From: Candidatus Latescibacterota bacterium
GTDB lineage: Bacteria; Latescibacterota; UBA2968
Assembly (NCBI GenBank): GCA_965198115.1
Contig: OZ240241.1
Location: 1,888,001-1,952,000 of the forward strand
Length of the DNA: 64,000 bases
Reading direction: 5' to 3'
The notes beneath the pieces were generated by a model, which did not search any database, had not been told where the DNA came from, and worked only from the letters and a program-made list of their open reading frames with translations. The position numbers and the translations under genes are program-made. Of the stretch, positions 29,198 to 40,589 are shown one piece after another; the first letter of the stretch is position 1; every line of letters begins with the position of its first letter.

Positions 29198-31153
29198 TTA
29201 GGTCACATATTGTGCGAACCAATCGACCATTCGCTGTAAGTACTCCTCACGGAACTTCGGATGCCCTTCTCTTCTAAAACCGTGGGAACATCCCGGGAAT
29301 CGAACGAACTCGACAGTCTTCCGTTGCCGCTTGAGGGCCACGAAGAACTGTTCGGCCTGCTCGATGGGACAGCGATAGTCCTCCTCGCCGTGCATCAGGA
29401 GAACGGGTGTCCGAACCTCTTCGGCGTATGTCAAAGGCGACCGATCGTGCAATAGCTCGACGCGTTCGATGGACGATCCACCCCACTGGTTTTCCCCGAA
29501 ACTGACACCTATGTCGGATGTGCCGTACATACTGTGAAGGTTGATGCAGGGCGCCCCCACGACTGCGGCCTTGAAGCGGTGATCGTGACCGACAATCCAG
29601 CTGCTCATAAAACCGCCATAGCTGTAACCGTGTACACCCAACCGATCGCTGTCGACATACAGGCGTTCACACAGAAGATCAACGGCAGCCATTAGATCGA
29701 GAAAGTCCTCACCACCCCAGTCACACAGCACGGCTTTCAGGAAATCCGGACCGTATGACGAGGACCCTCGGGGGTTGACGGCGAGAACGATGGAACCTGT
29801 CCCCACCAGGATCTGCTGCGTAAAATCGTAGGAATCCGAATATCGTCCGTTGGGCCCCCCGTGAATGTCGAGGATCATCGGATAGCTCTTCGAGGCGTCG
29901 AAATCGGGAGGAAAGAGGATGCGTGCCTGGATTTCCTCTCCCACTCGCACGAAAGCGACTTTCTCGAGGGCAGCAGGAGGATGGGATTCCGTGAAATCCG
30001 AGCTCGCACGGGTCACCGCGACCTGGGATCCGATCGAGTAGTCCACGACCTCGATCTCGGTTGGCGAATCGAACGTCGTCCACGTCAGAGCCGCACGGTC
30101 CAATGCACTCAGATCCAGAGATGTCATCACACACACGCCGCCCAGGATCGTCTCCCCGCTCATGCCGTCCTCGTCCGCCTTCACACGGCATAGATAGGAC
30201 TCGCCCGCGCGATCTCCGATGAACACGATCGTCCCGTCTTCACGCCACGCACGAGTCGCAACGGGCTGAACCAGCGTGTGAATGTCGTCCGAAACCTGAC
30301 GCGCAGGTTTTCCATCCTCGAGCACGAACAGCCAAGACTGCCGGGGGTCCCAGATGTCTGAATCACGCGAACCGCCGGCAGCCAAGCGCTTTCCGTCGGG
30401 TGACCAGGCAACCGATCCCACACGAGACATCCCCTCGGACCAACGCGAAACCTCCCCGCTCGTCGTGTCGATGACACGGATCTCAGACGCACGCACGAAA
30501 TCTCGATCTTCCACTTCGTCACACACGAAAGCAATGCGCTGACCATCCGGTGACCAGGCGGGCGCCTCGTGGTTGCCTTCGGCATTCGTCAGCTGACGCG
30601 CATCTCCCGAAGCGACATCCACGACGAACAGCTGTGTGAATCCATCGCCGCGCCAGCCGTCGCCGTCGTCGCGATATCGGACCCGTCTGGCGACATAGGT
30701 GCGCGGTGCCTTCTTCTCGTCGTGATCCACCGTCACACACTCAGGATCGACCCACGCTACGATGACCAGCGAGCCACCGTCGGGCGACCAGGCAAGGTCC
30801 CGCACCTCGCCGAAGAGCGGCTGCCCCTTTTCGTCATCCGGCGCGGGATTCGTCAGCTGACGGGCCTCTCCTCCGTCCACCGCAATGAGATGAACCTGTT
30901 TCCCGTGGGCGTCCGTCGAGCGCAGAAAAGCAACGGACCTGCCGTCTGGCGAGATGGTGGGATGACCGTCGGACGGGCCAGACGTGAACGCTTCGTCTTC
31001 ACCGTCAGGCAGGCGTCGCCGCACCAGACAGGAGGATAGGTCCATCACACGCCGCTCCGTATGCGTCCGGACGTAAATGACGAAAGACCCGTCCGGCGAG
31101 AGCGCAGGTGCCGAAAGGTTGATCAGATCGTGAACATCAGAGGGTTTGGGCAC
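29198..31153 (-). CDS. S9 family peptidase (acylaminoacyl peptidase) with PD40 propeller
   Basis: WSPDG repeats, IHGGP, GYSYGG nucleophile, D.RCP, H. Confidence 0.95.
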   Translation of the reverse strand: MPKPSDVHDLINLSAPALSPDGSFVIYVRTHTERRVMDLSSCLVRRRLPDGEDEAFTSGPSDGHPTISPDGRSVAFLRSTDAHGKQVHLIAVDGGEARQLTNPAPDDEKGQPLFGEVRDLAWSPDGGSLVIVAWVDPECVTVDHDEKKAPRTYVARRVRYRDDGDGWRGDGFTQLFVVDVASGDARQLTNAEGNHEAPAWSPDGQRIAFVCDEVEDRDFVRASEIRVIDTTSGEVSRWSEGMSRVGSVAWSPDGKRLAAGGSRDSDIWDPRQSWLFVLEDGKPARQVSDDIHTLVQPVATRAWREDGTIVFIGDRAGESYLCRVKADEDGMSGETILGGVCVMTSLDLSALDRAALTWTTFDSPTEIEVVDYSIGSQVAVTRASSDFTESHPPAALEKVAFVRVGEEIQARILFPPDFDASKSYPMILDIHGGPNGRYSDSYDFTQQILVGTGSIVLAVNPRGSSSYGPDFLKAVLCDWGGEDFLDLMAAVDLLCERLYVDSDRLGVHGYSYGGFMSSWIVGHDHRFKAAVVGAPCINLHSMYGTSDIGVSFGENQWGGSSIERVELLHDRSPLTYAEEVRTPVLLMHGEEDYRCPIEQAEQFFVALKRQRKTVEFVRFPGCSHGFRREGHPKFREEYLQRMVDWFAQYVT

Positions 31154-31505
31154 GGGATCTCCAGCGAACTGAAGTTTGCCAGTTGTGAGGGCTCGTTAGC
31201 ACGGAAAGGAGAAGTAGCCCATAAATCAAGGCGTGATGAGTGTCCGTGCCGGCCGCAAAGGCCAGTAGTCGGCAAACTGGGATAGTCGTCTTAAAAGTGG
31301 CCCCGGGGCCACTTTCTCGAGCTCAACCTCAGCGACGACCAGTGCCACGCCTGCCTGGCCGCCGGAGCACACTCGCGAAGGTGGGCTCTCCTGCTCGCCA
31401 AAATCTTGGCTCCGTAGGGCGAGGTCACTAAGTATGGCCAAACCGCGACTCCCTTCGTATCCTCGATCCCCTTCCCCCCCTAATTCCTTGAAGGAGCCTG
31501 TCTTC

Positions 31506-32453
31506 GTGAAGCTGCTCGCTACCGAATGGTCCGAATCCAGGGTCGCTGAGACCCAGGCTGCTTTCCCCGATGTCGAATTCGTTCGCGCGCCCGACCAGGA
31601 GACGGTCTTGCGCGAAATCGCCGACGCTGAGGTGGTGTTCGGACACATAGACGCGGAAGCGTTCAAAACTGCGAAGGCGTTACGCTGGATTCAGTACGGC
31701 GGCGCAGGCGTTGAGAAGGTGCTGAAGTCGAGGGAGATCGTGGAAAGCGAGGTGATCCTCACCAACACGAGTGGAGCCCACGCAGCCACGATCGCCGAAC
31801 ACGCCTTCGGAATGCTGGTGTATCTAGCGCGCGGATTCCAACAGCTAACTGCTGCCCAGGCCGATCGGACTTACGTCCCCCTACGCGACTACCATCCCAT
31901 CGGATTGGCAGGCACGACGATGGGCATCATCGGACTCGGGAACATCGGCCGCGCCATCGCCCATCGCGCTCGCGCCTTCGAGATGGACGTGGTTGCAGTC
32001 GACGAGCAGCCGGTCGAGGTCCCGGAGGAGGTCAGCCTGTGTCGGATGCTTGGCGGTCTCCCGGATCTGCTGAGTCGCTCCGACACCGTCGTCGTTTCCA
32101 CACCGCAGACGGCTCGATCGATAGGAATGCTTGGGACCGATGAGATCGCCTGTATGAAACCGAATGCGTATCTGCTTGTCGTTTCACGAGGACGCATCGT
32201 GGATGAGGATGCGCTCGTGAGTGCGCTGCGAGAGGGTCGGCTCGCCGGAGCCGGACTGGATGTCCAGGCCACCGAGCCGCTCCCCGCCGATAGTCCTCTG
32301 TGGGAGGCCCCTAACCTCATCCTCACCCCTCACTGTTCCGACGTGTCGGCAAGGACATCGGCCGCGGCTATATCCATTATGACGGATAACCTTCGCCGCT
32401 ACGTCGCTCGGGAATCCCTTCGCAACATCGTGGATAAAGAGCTCGGTTATTAG
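31506..32453 (+). CDS. D-2-hydroxyacid dehydrogenase
   Basis: GLGNIG, SRG, AGLDV..EPLP, TPH; GTG start after AAGGAG. Confidence 0.93.
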   Translation: MKLLATEWSESRVAETQAAFPDVEFVRAPDQETVLREIADAEVVFGHIDAEAFKTAKALRWIQYGGAGVEKVLKSREIVESEVILTNTSGAHAATIAEHAFGMLVYLARGFQQLTAAQADRTYVPLRDYHPIGLAGTTMGIIGLGNIGRAIAHRARAFEMDVVAVDEQPVEVPEEVSLCRMLGGLPDLLSRSDTVVVSTPQTARSIGMLGTDEIACMKPNAYLLVVSRGRIVDEDALVSALREGRLAGAGLDVQATEPLPADSPLWEAPNLILTPHCSDVSARTSAAAISIMTDNLRRYVARESLRNIVDKELGY

Positions 32454-32571
32454 CCTTGTCCGACCCATTCATTCTGGATTATTTTGAGGATCGGCAGTCA
32501 TTTCTCGTAACGTGCTTACATTTGAGGGGATTCGGTTCCCGAATCACAACTTTACTGTTAGGAACCATCAT

Positions 32572-33057
32572 ATGACCTCTGACAGCGCCAGATACCGGCA
32601 TTTTCGCGTATTCACCGCCCTCGCATTCTGTGGGATGCTCGTGTTTGGCTGCAGCGTCGATCGCAACGTTCTGGAATCGGTTCCTAATTCGGACCAAGCG
32701 GCTGGTCTGCCGAACGAGGCGTTCAGACCCCTCCCGCTCCAGTCGACCTCCGCGGCAAACACCCCTGCGACCAAGCCGGCCGTCGTCCAGGAATTGATCA
32801 GCGCCGTGGCGTTCGGTGATCACGGAACGAATTTCAACGTTCCCGCGGAAATCAAACTCGACCTTGAGGGACTCGACCTCTCGGGCTATGGAGAAGACGA
32901 GATCGATCTTTACGGGTTCGATCGTGACACTGACACTTGGTTTCTCGTCCCCAGGAACTACAAGGTCATCGAGCTCGATCAGGGCAAAATCCAGGGGATC
33001 TGGTATTTCGATCACTTTTCACGATACTCTCTCGGCGGTGGAGACATCGATCGATAG
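32572..33057 (+). CDS. Hypothetical lipoprotein with ZU5-like C-terminus
   Basis: Lipobox VFG-C; FGDHG..F..P, W, HFSRY. Confidence 0.65.
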   Translation: MTSDSARYRHFRVFTALAFCGMLVFGCSVDRNVLESVPNSDQAAGLPNEAFRPLPLQSTSAANTPATKPAVVQELISAVAFGDHGTNFNVPAEIKLDLEGLDLSGYGEDEIDLYGFDRDTDTWFLVPRNYKVIELDQGKIQGIWYFDHFSRYSLGGGDIDR

Positions 33058-33099
33058 AGCCGCGCAAGAACTCGATGGGGGATCAAGCAGGATCGTCCA

Positions 33100-33498
33100 T
33101 CATTCGATTGTGATCTGAGCCTTCCGCTCCGGTCGATCGTGTAGGTGGCCGTGCGCGGGTAAGCTCACGCCCAGACGGATCGAGGGACCATCACCCACGG
33201 GGAAGATGTGATGGAAGGTCAGCGCGGGGACGAACACGAAGTCCCCCGCTTTGGCAACGACCACCTCGTCTCTTCCCTCGATTTTCCAGTGTATTTCACC
33301 CTGTAGAATCGCCCACCACTCGTCATAGTCGTGCACGTGGTTGTCGTTTTCGGTCCCCGGATTCTGATGAATCACCGTGGCGCTCACGTGGTCGGCCCTA
33401 ACGAGCGAATGCGACCAGTTCCCCTCCCCCTTCTCCTTCTTGATCTCCTCCAGATTAATATGATTCAGGTCTCCAAGTATCGGTTTTGCCAGTGACAT
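33100..33498 (-). CDS. Cupin domain protein
   Basis: HVHDYDEWW and GDFVFVPALTFH cupin motifs; AAGGAGG RBS. Confidence 0.9.
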   Translation of the reverse strand: MSLAKPILGDLNHINLEEIKKEKGEGNWSHSLVRADHVSATVIHQNPGTENDNHVHDYDEWWAILQGEIHWKIEGRDEVVVAKAGDFVFVPALTFHHIFPVGDGPSIRLGVSLPAHGHLHDRPERKAQITIE

Positions 33499-33673
33499 AA
33501 CTCCTCCTTCCTTCACTTTGATTCAAACGCGCTAATTTCGCGGATCGACATCGACGGTTCGCCCGTGAACCGCCGGGCACCGCCAGATACTTTCCCCGAA
33601 TGGGGCTACAAACTCGAGTTGCTATTCCTTTCGTGTTCATCCGTGGTTCCCAAGGTTTTTACCGCTTCGATCA

Positions 33674-35695
33674 TCACCACGCAACGTGGATCTCGTGCCC
33701 GTTTCCCGGAAACCAGATCCAGTCCACGATAACGCCAAGGGCAACACCCGCAAGAAATCCCATCAGCATCCCCAGGAAAAGCGGTGCTGTGGTTCGGTAC
33801 CGCTCCAAGCCCCCGATCCTCAGAATCAGACGCTTGATCGCCCAGACCGCAAAGATCGTCACCGTCGTATTGCGCAATGTCGACGACGCGGCGATCGTGA
33901 AGCCGATCGGATGGATCGGGAAACCTGGAAAGCGATAGCGTAGAAAGACCAGAAGCCCGGTAAAGGCACTCCCCACACCGAGGTAGAACACCCGATTCCA
34001 GTCGGTCGTCGAGAATCCGCCCTGAATCCGCCCTGCAGTCAAACGCCAGACCCTGACGGCGGGGATTCCGGACGTCCCGAAGCTTTCCGATCCGAAATTA
34101 TAGCTTCCCAACACGTAGTACGCTTGATAGAGGATGAACGCGATCACACTCAGGGCGCCCACCAGCGATCCGAACATCACCGCGGGCGCCAGCACTTTTC
34201 GACTGGCCCGGTGCATCGCCATCCCCAGACGTGGTACGTGGGATAGAGGAGTCATCGCGAACGTCTTGGCGTCGCAGAAGCTCGAGAAGGTCAGTCCCAA
34301 TGAAACTGCACTCGCCGGCCCCATTCCCAACACACCGAACAGATGCCACGTGAATGCCTGAGCGGTGATAGGCCCTCTCAGAAAAACGAGCCCGCTCTCG
34401 ACGAAAATCCTCGCGAGCCCGATGTAGATGACCAGCGTCGCAAACCAGTACGTCAGAATCGGGCCCCAATCCATTCCTGTCGCGTGAAGCCAGAGGGCTG
34501 CGTAAACGAGGCTTCCGATCAGCAACCGGACGGACGTGCGATAGGACATCAGCTCGTCCGAATCGTCGACCCCATCGTCACCCCCGAATGCCTTCGAGAA
34601 CACATCTCGAAGATGTTGCCTGGCGATCCACAGACCCCATCCGACAAAGACGATCATCCCCCCAAAGCTCTGCCAGCCGATGGCGGGGTGAAAGCTGCAC
34701 CAGGGGTCCGAACTGCCCAGGTTCAATCCGAGTTGGTTAAAGACGCCCCCCTGAATGAGGGCTATCACGTGAAAGAGCCAGATGCTGAACAGTACTTCGA
34801 GGTTGGTGAAATAGCCGAAGATCAGCGTCAGTGGGCTGAGTGTCAGAATCGCCGGTGGAAAGCCGCGTGCGATCGTGATCTGTCGCAGTCCTTCGTAAGC
34901 GTTCAGGATCGGGATCTGCGGCATCGCCACGAAGAACCACGTCGCGATGTTCCAGCTTATGATGAAGAAGATGATCCCGAAGCCGATCCGAAACAGCCTC
35001 GAACGACACAGACTCGCAAGCGTACCGCTCGTTCCGGCGACGCCCGTCATCTCCAGCAACGCCCTAGCGACGGGATAGGCCAGCCGTTCGTGCTCCGCCC
35101 ACTGCTTTCTCAGAACGACGTTCAGACACAGACCGATCGTCAACATCGCACCGAGGAAGGTACCCCACCAGAAGAGTGGTCGGATCCAGCTACTCCACGG
35201 AAAACCACGGCCGGGTGCGAGGCCCTCGTGAAAGCCGGCCGATGCCTCTCTGTCGGCCACCACCGTCCAGTCGGCCATATGAGGGAGAATCAGGTCTTCC
35301 CAGCGATTCTCGGGAGTGGCAAAGTAGTATGGAACGGCCAGAACCGTCAGAAGGTAGTTGGATAGCCACTCGCCCTGCATAAAAGCGGCGATCATCCCGA
35401 TGCAGCAGATTGTGAGGAGCTCGGTGGGAGATAAGCCGTAGCCGCGGCGTTCGAACAGGATGTTCAACACCAGCAGGCACACGAAGGGAATTAGAACAGA
35501 TACCGAGAGATGCGCAAAGTCCGCTCGCGAGGACCGAAGAATCAGGCTGGTATAGGTCGGCCAGACCGTTACGACGACGGCCATCGCCATCCCGATCGCC
35601 AATGCCCTGCGCGATACGCCCGGATCCTGCAGCGACCCTTCAGACGGTTCAGACCATCCCGATCGGAGCGCTACTGACAATCGCCACTCTCCCAC
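33674..35695 (-). CDS. Multi-pass membrane protein, DUF6785/DUF6784-like (putative peptide transporter)
   Basis: YFATPENRW, PW..W..PL, RKQW..HERL.YP, R...ESG, FPIHPIGF, PLFLG. Confidence 0.75.
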   Translation of the reverse strand: MGEWRLSVALRSGWSEPSEGSLQDPGVSRRALAIGMAMAVVVTVWPTYTSLILRSSRADFAHLSVSVLIPFVCLLVLNILFERRGYGLSPTELLTICCIGMIAAFMQGEWLSNYLLTVLAVPYYFATPENRWEDLILPHMADWTVVADREASAGFHEGLAPGRGFPWSSWIRPLFWWGTFLGAMLTIGLCLNVVLRKQWAEHERLAYPVARALLEMTGVAGTSGTLASLCRSRLFRIGFGIIFFIISWNIATWFFVAMPQIPILNAYEGLRQITIARGFPPAILTLSPLTLIFGYFTNLEVLFSIWLFHVIALIQGGVFNQLGLNLGSSDPWCSFHPAIGWQSFGGMIVFVGWGLWIARQHLRDVFSKAFGGDDGVDDSDELMSYRTSVRLLIGSLVYAALWLHATGMDWGPILTYWFATLVIYIGLARIFVESGLVFLRGPITAQAFTWHLFGVLGMGPASAVSLGLTFSSFCDAKTFAMTPLSHVPRLGMAMHRASRKVLAPAVMFGSLVGALSVIAFILYQAYYVLGSYNFGSESFGTSGIPAVRVWRLTAGRIQGGFSTTDWNRVFYLGVGSAFTGLLVFLRYRFPGFPIHPIGFTIAASSTLRNTTVTIFAVWAIKRLILRIGGLERYRTTAPLFLGMLMGFLAGVALGVIVDWIWFPGNGHEIHVAW

Positions 35696-35708
35696 TCACG
35701 AGGCGCGT

Positions 35709-36782
35709 TTACTTTGCGTATCGATCCAGATCTGCCTGTTCCACCTGGTCGTCACTCGGCGAGACGCGGAGCTTGTCGGCCCACGACTGAATCCGCGCCC
35801 AGATATCCGATGGTACCTCGATGCCCGTCTGCAGTCGTTTCTTCCGGGTGTTGTGTTCATAGTCACCAGGAACGAGCACCTCATCGAATCCAGGAGCGGG
35901 CGGCGTAGCCTTGATGTCGTCCAGAAATGCGCGGACACCTCGTTGATACGCATCGAGGGGGGTGAACGCCGCCACATCCATCGCTTGCATATAAACGCCG
36001 CGCATCGATCCATTGGTCGTGACAAAATCGCCCGACAACCCGCCGAGCAAACACGTGAGCAGCGAAACGGCGTAACCCTTGTGCTTGCCGAAGGCCAGGA
36101 GATTTCCGCCATCGCGCCAGTCCGAAGGGTTCACGCTCGGGTTCCCATCCTTGTCCACGAGACAGTTTTCCGGAAGCTCGACACCCTCGCTTTCGGCCAC
36201 GAGCACCTTCCCGCCTGCGATCACGCTCGTCGCGAAATCCAGCACGAACGGGGCGTCGTCTCCAGTCGGAATGCCGACCGCAATAGGATTCGTTCCGAGC
36301 GCACTTTCGGCTCCGCCATAAGGCAGGATGCTGCCGCCCGTATTGCCGCCACCACGTCCCGATGCAATGATGCCGATGCACCCCGCCCGGGCGGCCTGTT
36401 CCGCCCATTCCCCGAGCCGACCGATGTGATGGCCGCGCACGAAACTCACGCGACACGTTTCGCATTCCTTCGCCTTCTCGACAGCCATCTCCATCGCTCT
36501 CTTGGCCAGATAGATGCCGGATCCTTTGTTGGCCTCGAGCAAGATGGTATGGTCGGTCTCCTTGACCACCGTCGGCTCCGCCGCCGGATCCATCCCACCT
36601 GAATCGATGCTCGACAGGTAGGAGGAGACGAACTGCACGCCGTGAGAATCGTGGCCCGCCAGATTGGCGTTGACCAGGGCTTCAGCAATCGATTCAGCGA
36701 TATGCCGGGGAGCACCCGCCACAACGAAAAGCTGCCTCGTAAGCGCGTGGAGATAACTCGCCTGAAAAGGTCCCTCTGCCAC
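35709..36782 (-). CDS. Ldh_2 family oxidoreductase (second paralog)
   Basis: GHDSHGV, HIGRLGE, GTNPIA, DFATS, HKGY. Confidence 0.92.
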   Translation of the reverse strand: MAEGPFQASYLHALTRQLFVVAGAPRHIAESIAEALVNANLAGHDSHGVQFVSSYLSSIDSGGMDPAAEPTVVKETDHTILLEANKGSGIYLAKRAMEMAVEKAKECETCRVSFVRGHHIGRLGEWAEQAARAGCIGIIASGRGGGNTGGSILPYGGAESALGTNPIAVGIPTGDDAPFVLDFATSVIAGGKVLVAESEGVELPENCLVDKDGNPSVNPSDWRDGGNLLAFGKHKGYAVSLLTCLLGGLSGDFVTTNGSMRGVYMQAMDVAAFTPLDAYQRGVRAFLDDIKATPPAPGFDEVLVPGDYEHNTRKKRLQTGIEVPSDIWARIQSWADKLRVSPSDDQVEQADLDRYAK

Positions 36783-36853
36783 TTTATTGCTCCTCTCAGT
36801 ACCTCAGAGTTCTGTTCCGGTTTTCCTGAACACTGAACATTTCAGTTGAGCCG

Positions 36854-37255
36854 CTAGGCCTCACCGCAGCCAATCACGGCAACCGCCTCTACTTCGACGA
36901 GCAAATCTGGATTGACCAGCTTCGGCGTGGATAGTGTTGCGCTGGCCGGAATGTTGTTCGGAAACGCTTCCGCTCGAGCGGCCGCATAGTCGGCGTAGCG
37001 GTCCATATCCGTTATAAAAGCCAGAATCTTGACGACATCCTCCATCGTCGCACCCGCCTCCGCAAGGACCGCGCGAATGTTCTCGAACGTCTGCGTCGCC
37101 TGGGCCTTCATATCGTCGCCACCCACGATGTTTCCGTCTCGATCGAACCCCACTTGGCCCGAAACGTAGACCGTATCGCCCACTTTCACCCCCTGTGCGA
37201 TCCGGAAATCCCTGGCCCAGGGCCAATCCGGATTGAGCTCCACCCGATCCGGCAT
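36854..37255 (-). CDS. RidA/YjgF family protein
   Basis: VYVSGQ, QTFENI..VL, DVVK, PAS, LVEVEAVA. Confidence 0.92.
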   Translation of the reverse strand: MPDRVELNPDWPWARDFRIAQGVKVGDTVYVSGQVGFDRDGNIVGGDDMKAQATQTFENIRAVLAEAGATMEDVVKILAFITDMDRYADYAAARAEAFPNNIPASATLSTPKLVNPDLLVEVEAVAVIGCGEA

Positions 37256-37386
37256 CCTACACCTCCTTGTCAATGTCTTGAGTCTTGACTCCGCAGCAAA
37301 GTAACGCGATCAGATCGATAAAAACGAGGATTGATTCGGGTTGAAAACAGTGTCGTAAATCGCTTCGCCTCGCCTCACTGGGCTGC

Positions 37387-38259
37387 TCATTCCACACGGG
37401 CGATCGCGGCGAGGATGTCGTCCTGGAGCCGACCTTGCTCGACAGACTGAACGTTGTCTTCCAAGTGATCGATGTTGGTCGTACCAACGATGGCCGTATG
37501 GACGTTGTCATCGCACATCAGCCAGCGCAAGGCCGTTTCCACCGGCGGTAGGTCGCCGATGACCTGCTGTGCCAGAACTCTACGAGCCCGATCCGCCAGA
37601 GCGTTGCTCGGATTCTCGGAGTCGGCACCTTCGAAAACGGCGTTCGCGATCGGTTGTTTGATGATGATGCCCATATCCTTTTCACGAGCCGCGGCAATGA
37701 TGCCCCCCGGCGCCTGATCGAGCACATTGTAGGTAATCTGCAGCGTGTCGTACTCGCCGATTTCGATCGCCTTCAGCGCCGCGTCGCCGTCCGCTGAAAT
37801 GCTGATGAAGCGCACCTTGCCCTGCTCCTGTGCTCGCTTGAGCCCTTCAAGACCATCGCCAAAGGCCACATCCTCGTAGGGAGGGCTATGGAGCTGCACG
37901 ATGTCGAGACAGTCCATCTTCAGCCGTTGCAGACTGCGATCGATCTGCGGAGTAATGGCCTTCGTGCCGTAGTCCAGTGTCTGTACCCACTCTCCGTCGG
38001 GCAGAAGCTCGCGCCAGGAGCCACATTTAGTCGCGAACGTGAACTCGTCCCGCCGGTGACCCACATATTTGGCGATCAGCTCCTCGCTCCATCGGTAGGC
38101 GGCTGAGGAATCGATGAAGTTGATACCCAGGTCGAGGGCCCGATTGAGAAGCCGCCCTACGTCATCGCCCTTCTCGAGGGGTGTCCATCCGATCTCCCAC
38201 GCCCCGAAACCCAGCTCGGAGACTTCGATCCCTGTTCGACCGAGGGTGCGATACTCCAT
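37387..38259 (-). CDS. Aldo/keto reductase
   Basis: LGRTGIEVSELGFG, D..AAY, ATK, SLQRL..D..QLH. Confidence 0.93.
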   Translation of the reverse strand: MEYRTLGRTGIEVSELGFGAWEIGWTPLEKGDDVGRLLNRALDLGINFIDSSAAYRWSEELIAKYVGHRRDEFTFATKCGSWRELLPDGEWVQTLDYGTKAITPQIDRSLQRLKMDCLDIVQLHSPPYEDVAFGDGLEGLKRAQEQGKVRFISISADGDAALKAIEIGEYDTLQITYNVLDQAPGGIIAAAREKDMGIIIKQPIANAVFEGADSENPSNALADRARRVLAQQVIGDLPPVETALRWLMCDDNVHTAIVGTTNIDHLEDNVQSVEQGRLQDDILAAIARVE

Positions 38260-38319
38260 CGTCAGACTCCATTTCCCAGGTCGCCGTGCGGCCTAAACGG
38301 AATCCGCAACGGCGCGTGA

Positions 38320-40543
38320 TCATCGACTCGCGCGATCCACGTAGATCGGGCTCGACCAGGCCATTTCCATATCCTGCTGAACGACCCGCACCCAGTACGG
38401 ATTAGTGCCCGGGCGGGGTGAATCGTCGGTGTAGGAGAAGTCGATCTCTCCGGGCTCAGCGGCCGCGGGCGCCTGAGACACGATCACTCGACGGTTCAGC
38501 TGACCGATCTCCATCGTGACTGGAGCCTGGGCAAGCTGTTTCAAGTCCAAGTCAAACGCCACCTTTTCAGCAGGGGCGTAGGAAATCCGACGCGGTGCCC
38601 TGTCACCACGCCCACCATACTTGGGTCCGGTGATCAACGATGTGTTCACGACCAGCTCGAGGACGCCGTCTTCATCCCCAGGCAGCGTCAGAATGAGCCC
38701 ACTGCGATACCCACACGTCACGGAATACCATCGCAAGCCATCATCCGTCGCGTCATAGACAGTGGACCGGGGGCTGTCGAAGCGGATTTTCTCCACTTCC
38801 GCGATCTGGCGGCCCCTCACTCTGAGCCGCCCCTCCCAGACGACCCCCGAATAGCTGCTCTTCCGGCTGGCGCCTTCCCAGAGGATGCGCACTCGATGTC
38901 GATCCGTCTCAGCCTCGATGGGATGACGATAAATTCGATCACGCCCCCTGTACAACTCCACGGATTCGAACGGAGCGGTGCCCTGCACCTCAGCTTCGAT
39001 GCACGGCTGATCGTCGGCAGTGAATGCCTCTCCCATCAGGTGCCCCTCGCACGCCGTCCGCATCAGAATCCGGGCACCCGTCGTGGCGTAGATCCTTCTC
39101 GCCTGATAGGCTTCGAGAATCCCGGGGATCGTCAGCTCCCTCGCGTAAACGGCCGCAAGACCGGCCTTGGCGTAGCGACGGTGCTGGTGCCCGGGGGTAT
39201 CGCCTCCCGGACGAGCATTGTGACTGTCGCTCCCACCGAAGAAGCCCATCTTGTAATTTCGTTCCAGAACCTCTTCCAGAATCCACTCGAACGTACCGTG
39301 ATCGGACGTCACCTCGACGGCTGACTCCAGCGAGGGGTCGTGATGAGCCAGATCCGAATGCTCCCCTCCAACGTGAGCGGTGATCAGCGTATCGGAATGT
39401 CGATAGGCCTCATACACATCCTCGATATGCGCCAGGTCCGTGTTCAGATCCGAAGTATCGGAAATCGATCGATGGCTCGAACGTCGAATCGGTTGGTCGT
39501 GTCGTCGAAAGTAGACGTTGTGATGTCCACCCAGTTCCGTCCCGGCCGACCATTCGAATCCCGGTAGCGCGACGAATCTCCCGGGTTGGTCGTAGGCGCG
39601 CTCCACCTCCTGCTGCAGTTCCCAGTCTCGTTTAGTCACCGCGTAATCGTTGCGTTGGTAGCCCGCGAAGCTGATAGCGGCCACATCGCGTGCGTAGCGG
39701 AAGAAATCCGGAATCTTCTCCGCCATTGCCACCTGGCCGCCGTGCGAATCTCCCCAGTAGAGCGTGAAAGGATTCGTCGTTGCGCTGCACAGCATCGGAT
39801 TGCTCGTTGCCCGCAACCCGTGTTCCCGATCTTCGGCCACGATCCTGTGGACGCCCGGTTCCGACACCCGGCAACCCTCGATCCACCGGACGCCTCCCTC
39901 CATCTCCCCGAATTCCACAGTCTGTTCGGGCACGACTTCCGATAACAGCTCCACCACCCCGCGATGGATCGTGGGCGGGATTCCCCCACGCGTCTTCCAC
40001 TTTTACCTGTACGCGAAACGGAACCCCGGCCACCACGATGGAGGGAACGTTCAGGACCAGCCTATCCGCCTCTCCACCGACGACCCTCAAAAATGGCGGA
40101 TCCGGCAGCGTCACGCTCGTTCCGTCGCCCTCGACATCCACATCCAACCAAAAGAAGTGTCGGTCTTCCTGAAAGGTCTGGGATCGGAACCCCGGACCTC
40201 CAGCGCTTCGATCGCCGAAGGTGACCTTGACTTCCTCGCCTGGCTCCAACGCCCTCCCGTTCACTGTCAGGAGAACGGATACCACGCTTTGAACGAGCAA
40301 ACCCAGATGCGCATCATCCGGTGCTGCGACCCTCGTGTAGTCAGGCGCACCCGGATCGTCCATCTGCGGCATCCCGCGATCGGTGTCCGAATCCGTGTAA
40401 ATCCGGATAGTCCCACCGGTCCTGACGCCATTCGATCCGACCGTGTACATCAGAGTCCAGGCGCCGTAGGATCCGGCAACGACCTCTCCGCTCGGAGTGA
40501 GAACGGCCCTTCCATAGTCTGTTCCGCTGGTCGTCTCGGGCAT
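38320..40543 (-). pseudogene. DUF3604-like PHP-domain protein split by a +1 frameshift near 39973 (probably a sequence error)
   Basis: ORFs 39632-40543 and 38320-39957 join as DAWGNPATIHRGVVEL if one C is removed; YWGDSHG, GFEWS..GHHNV, GGSDSH, YATTG, AWSSPI. Confidence 0.75.
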
Positions 40544-40589
40544 CTGGTATGGCTCCTGGGTGGAGACCGACGGTCGCGAGTTCGAATCC

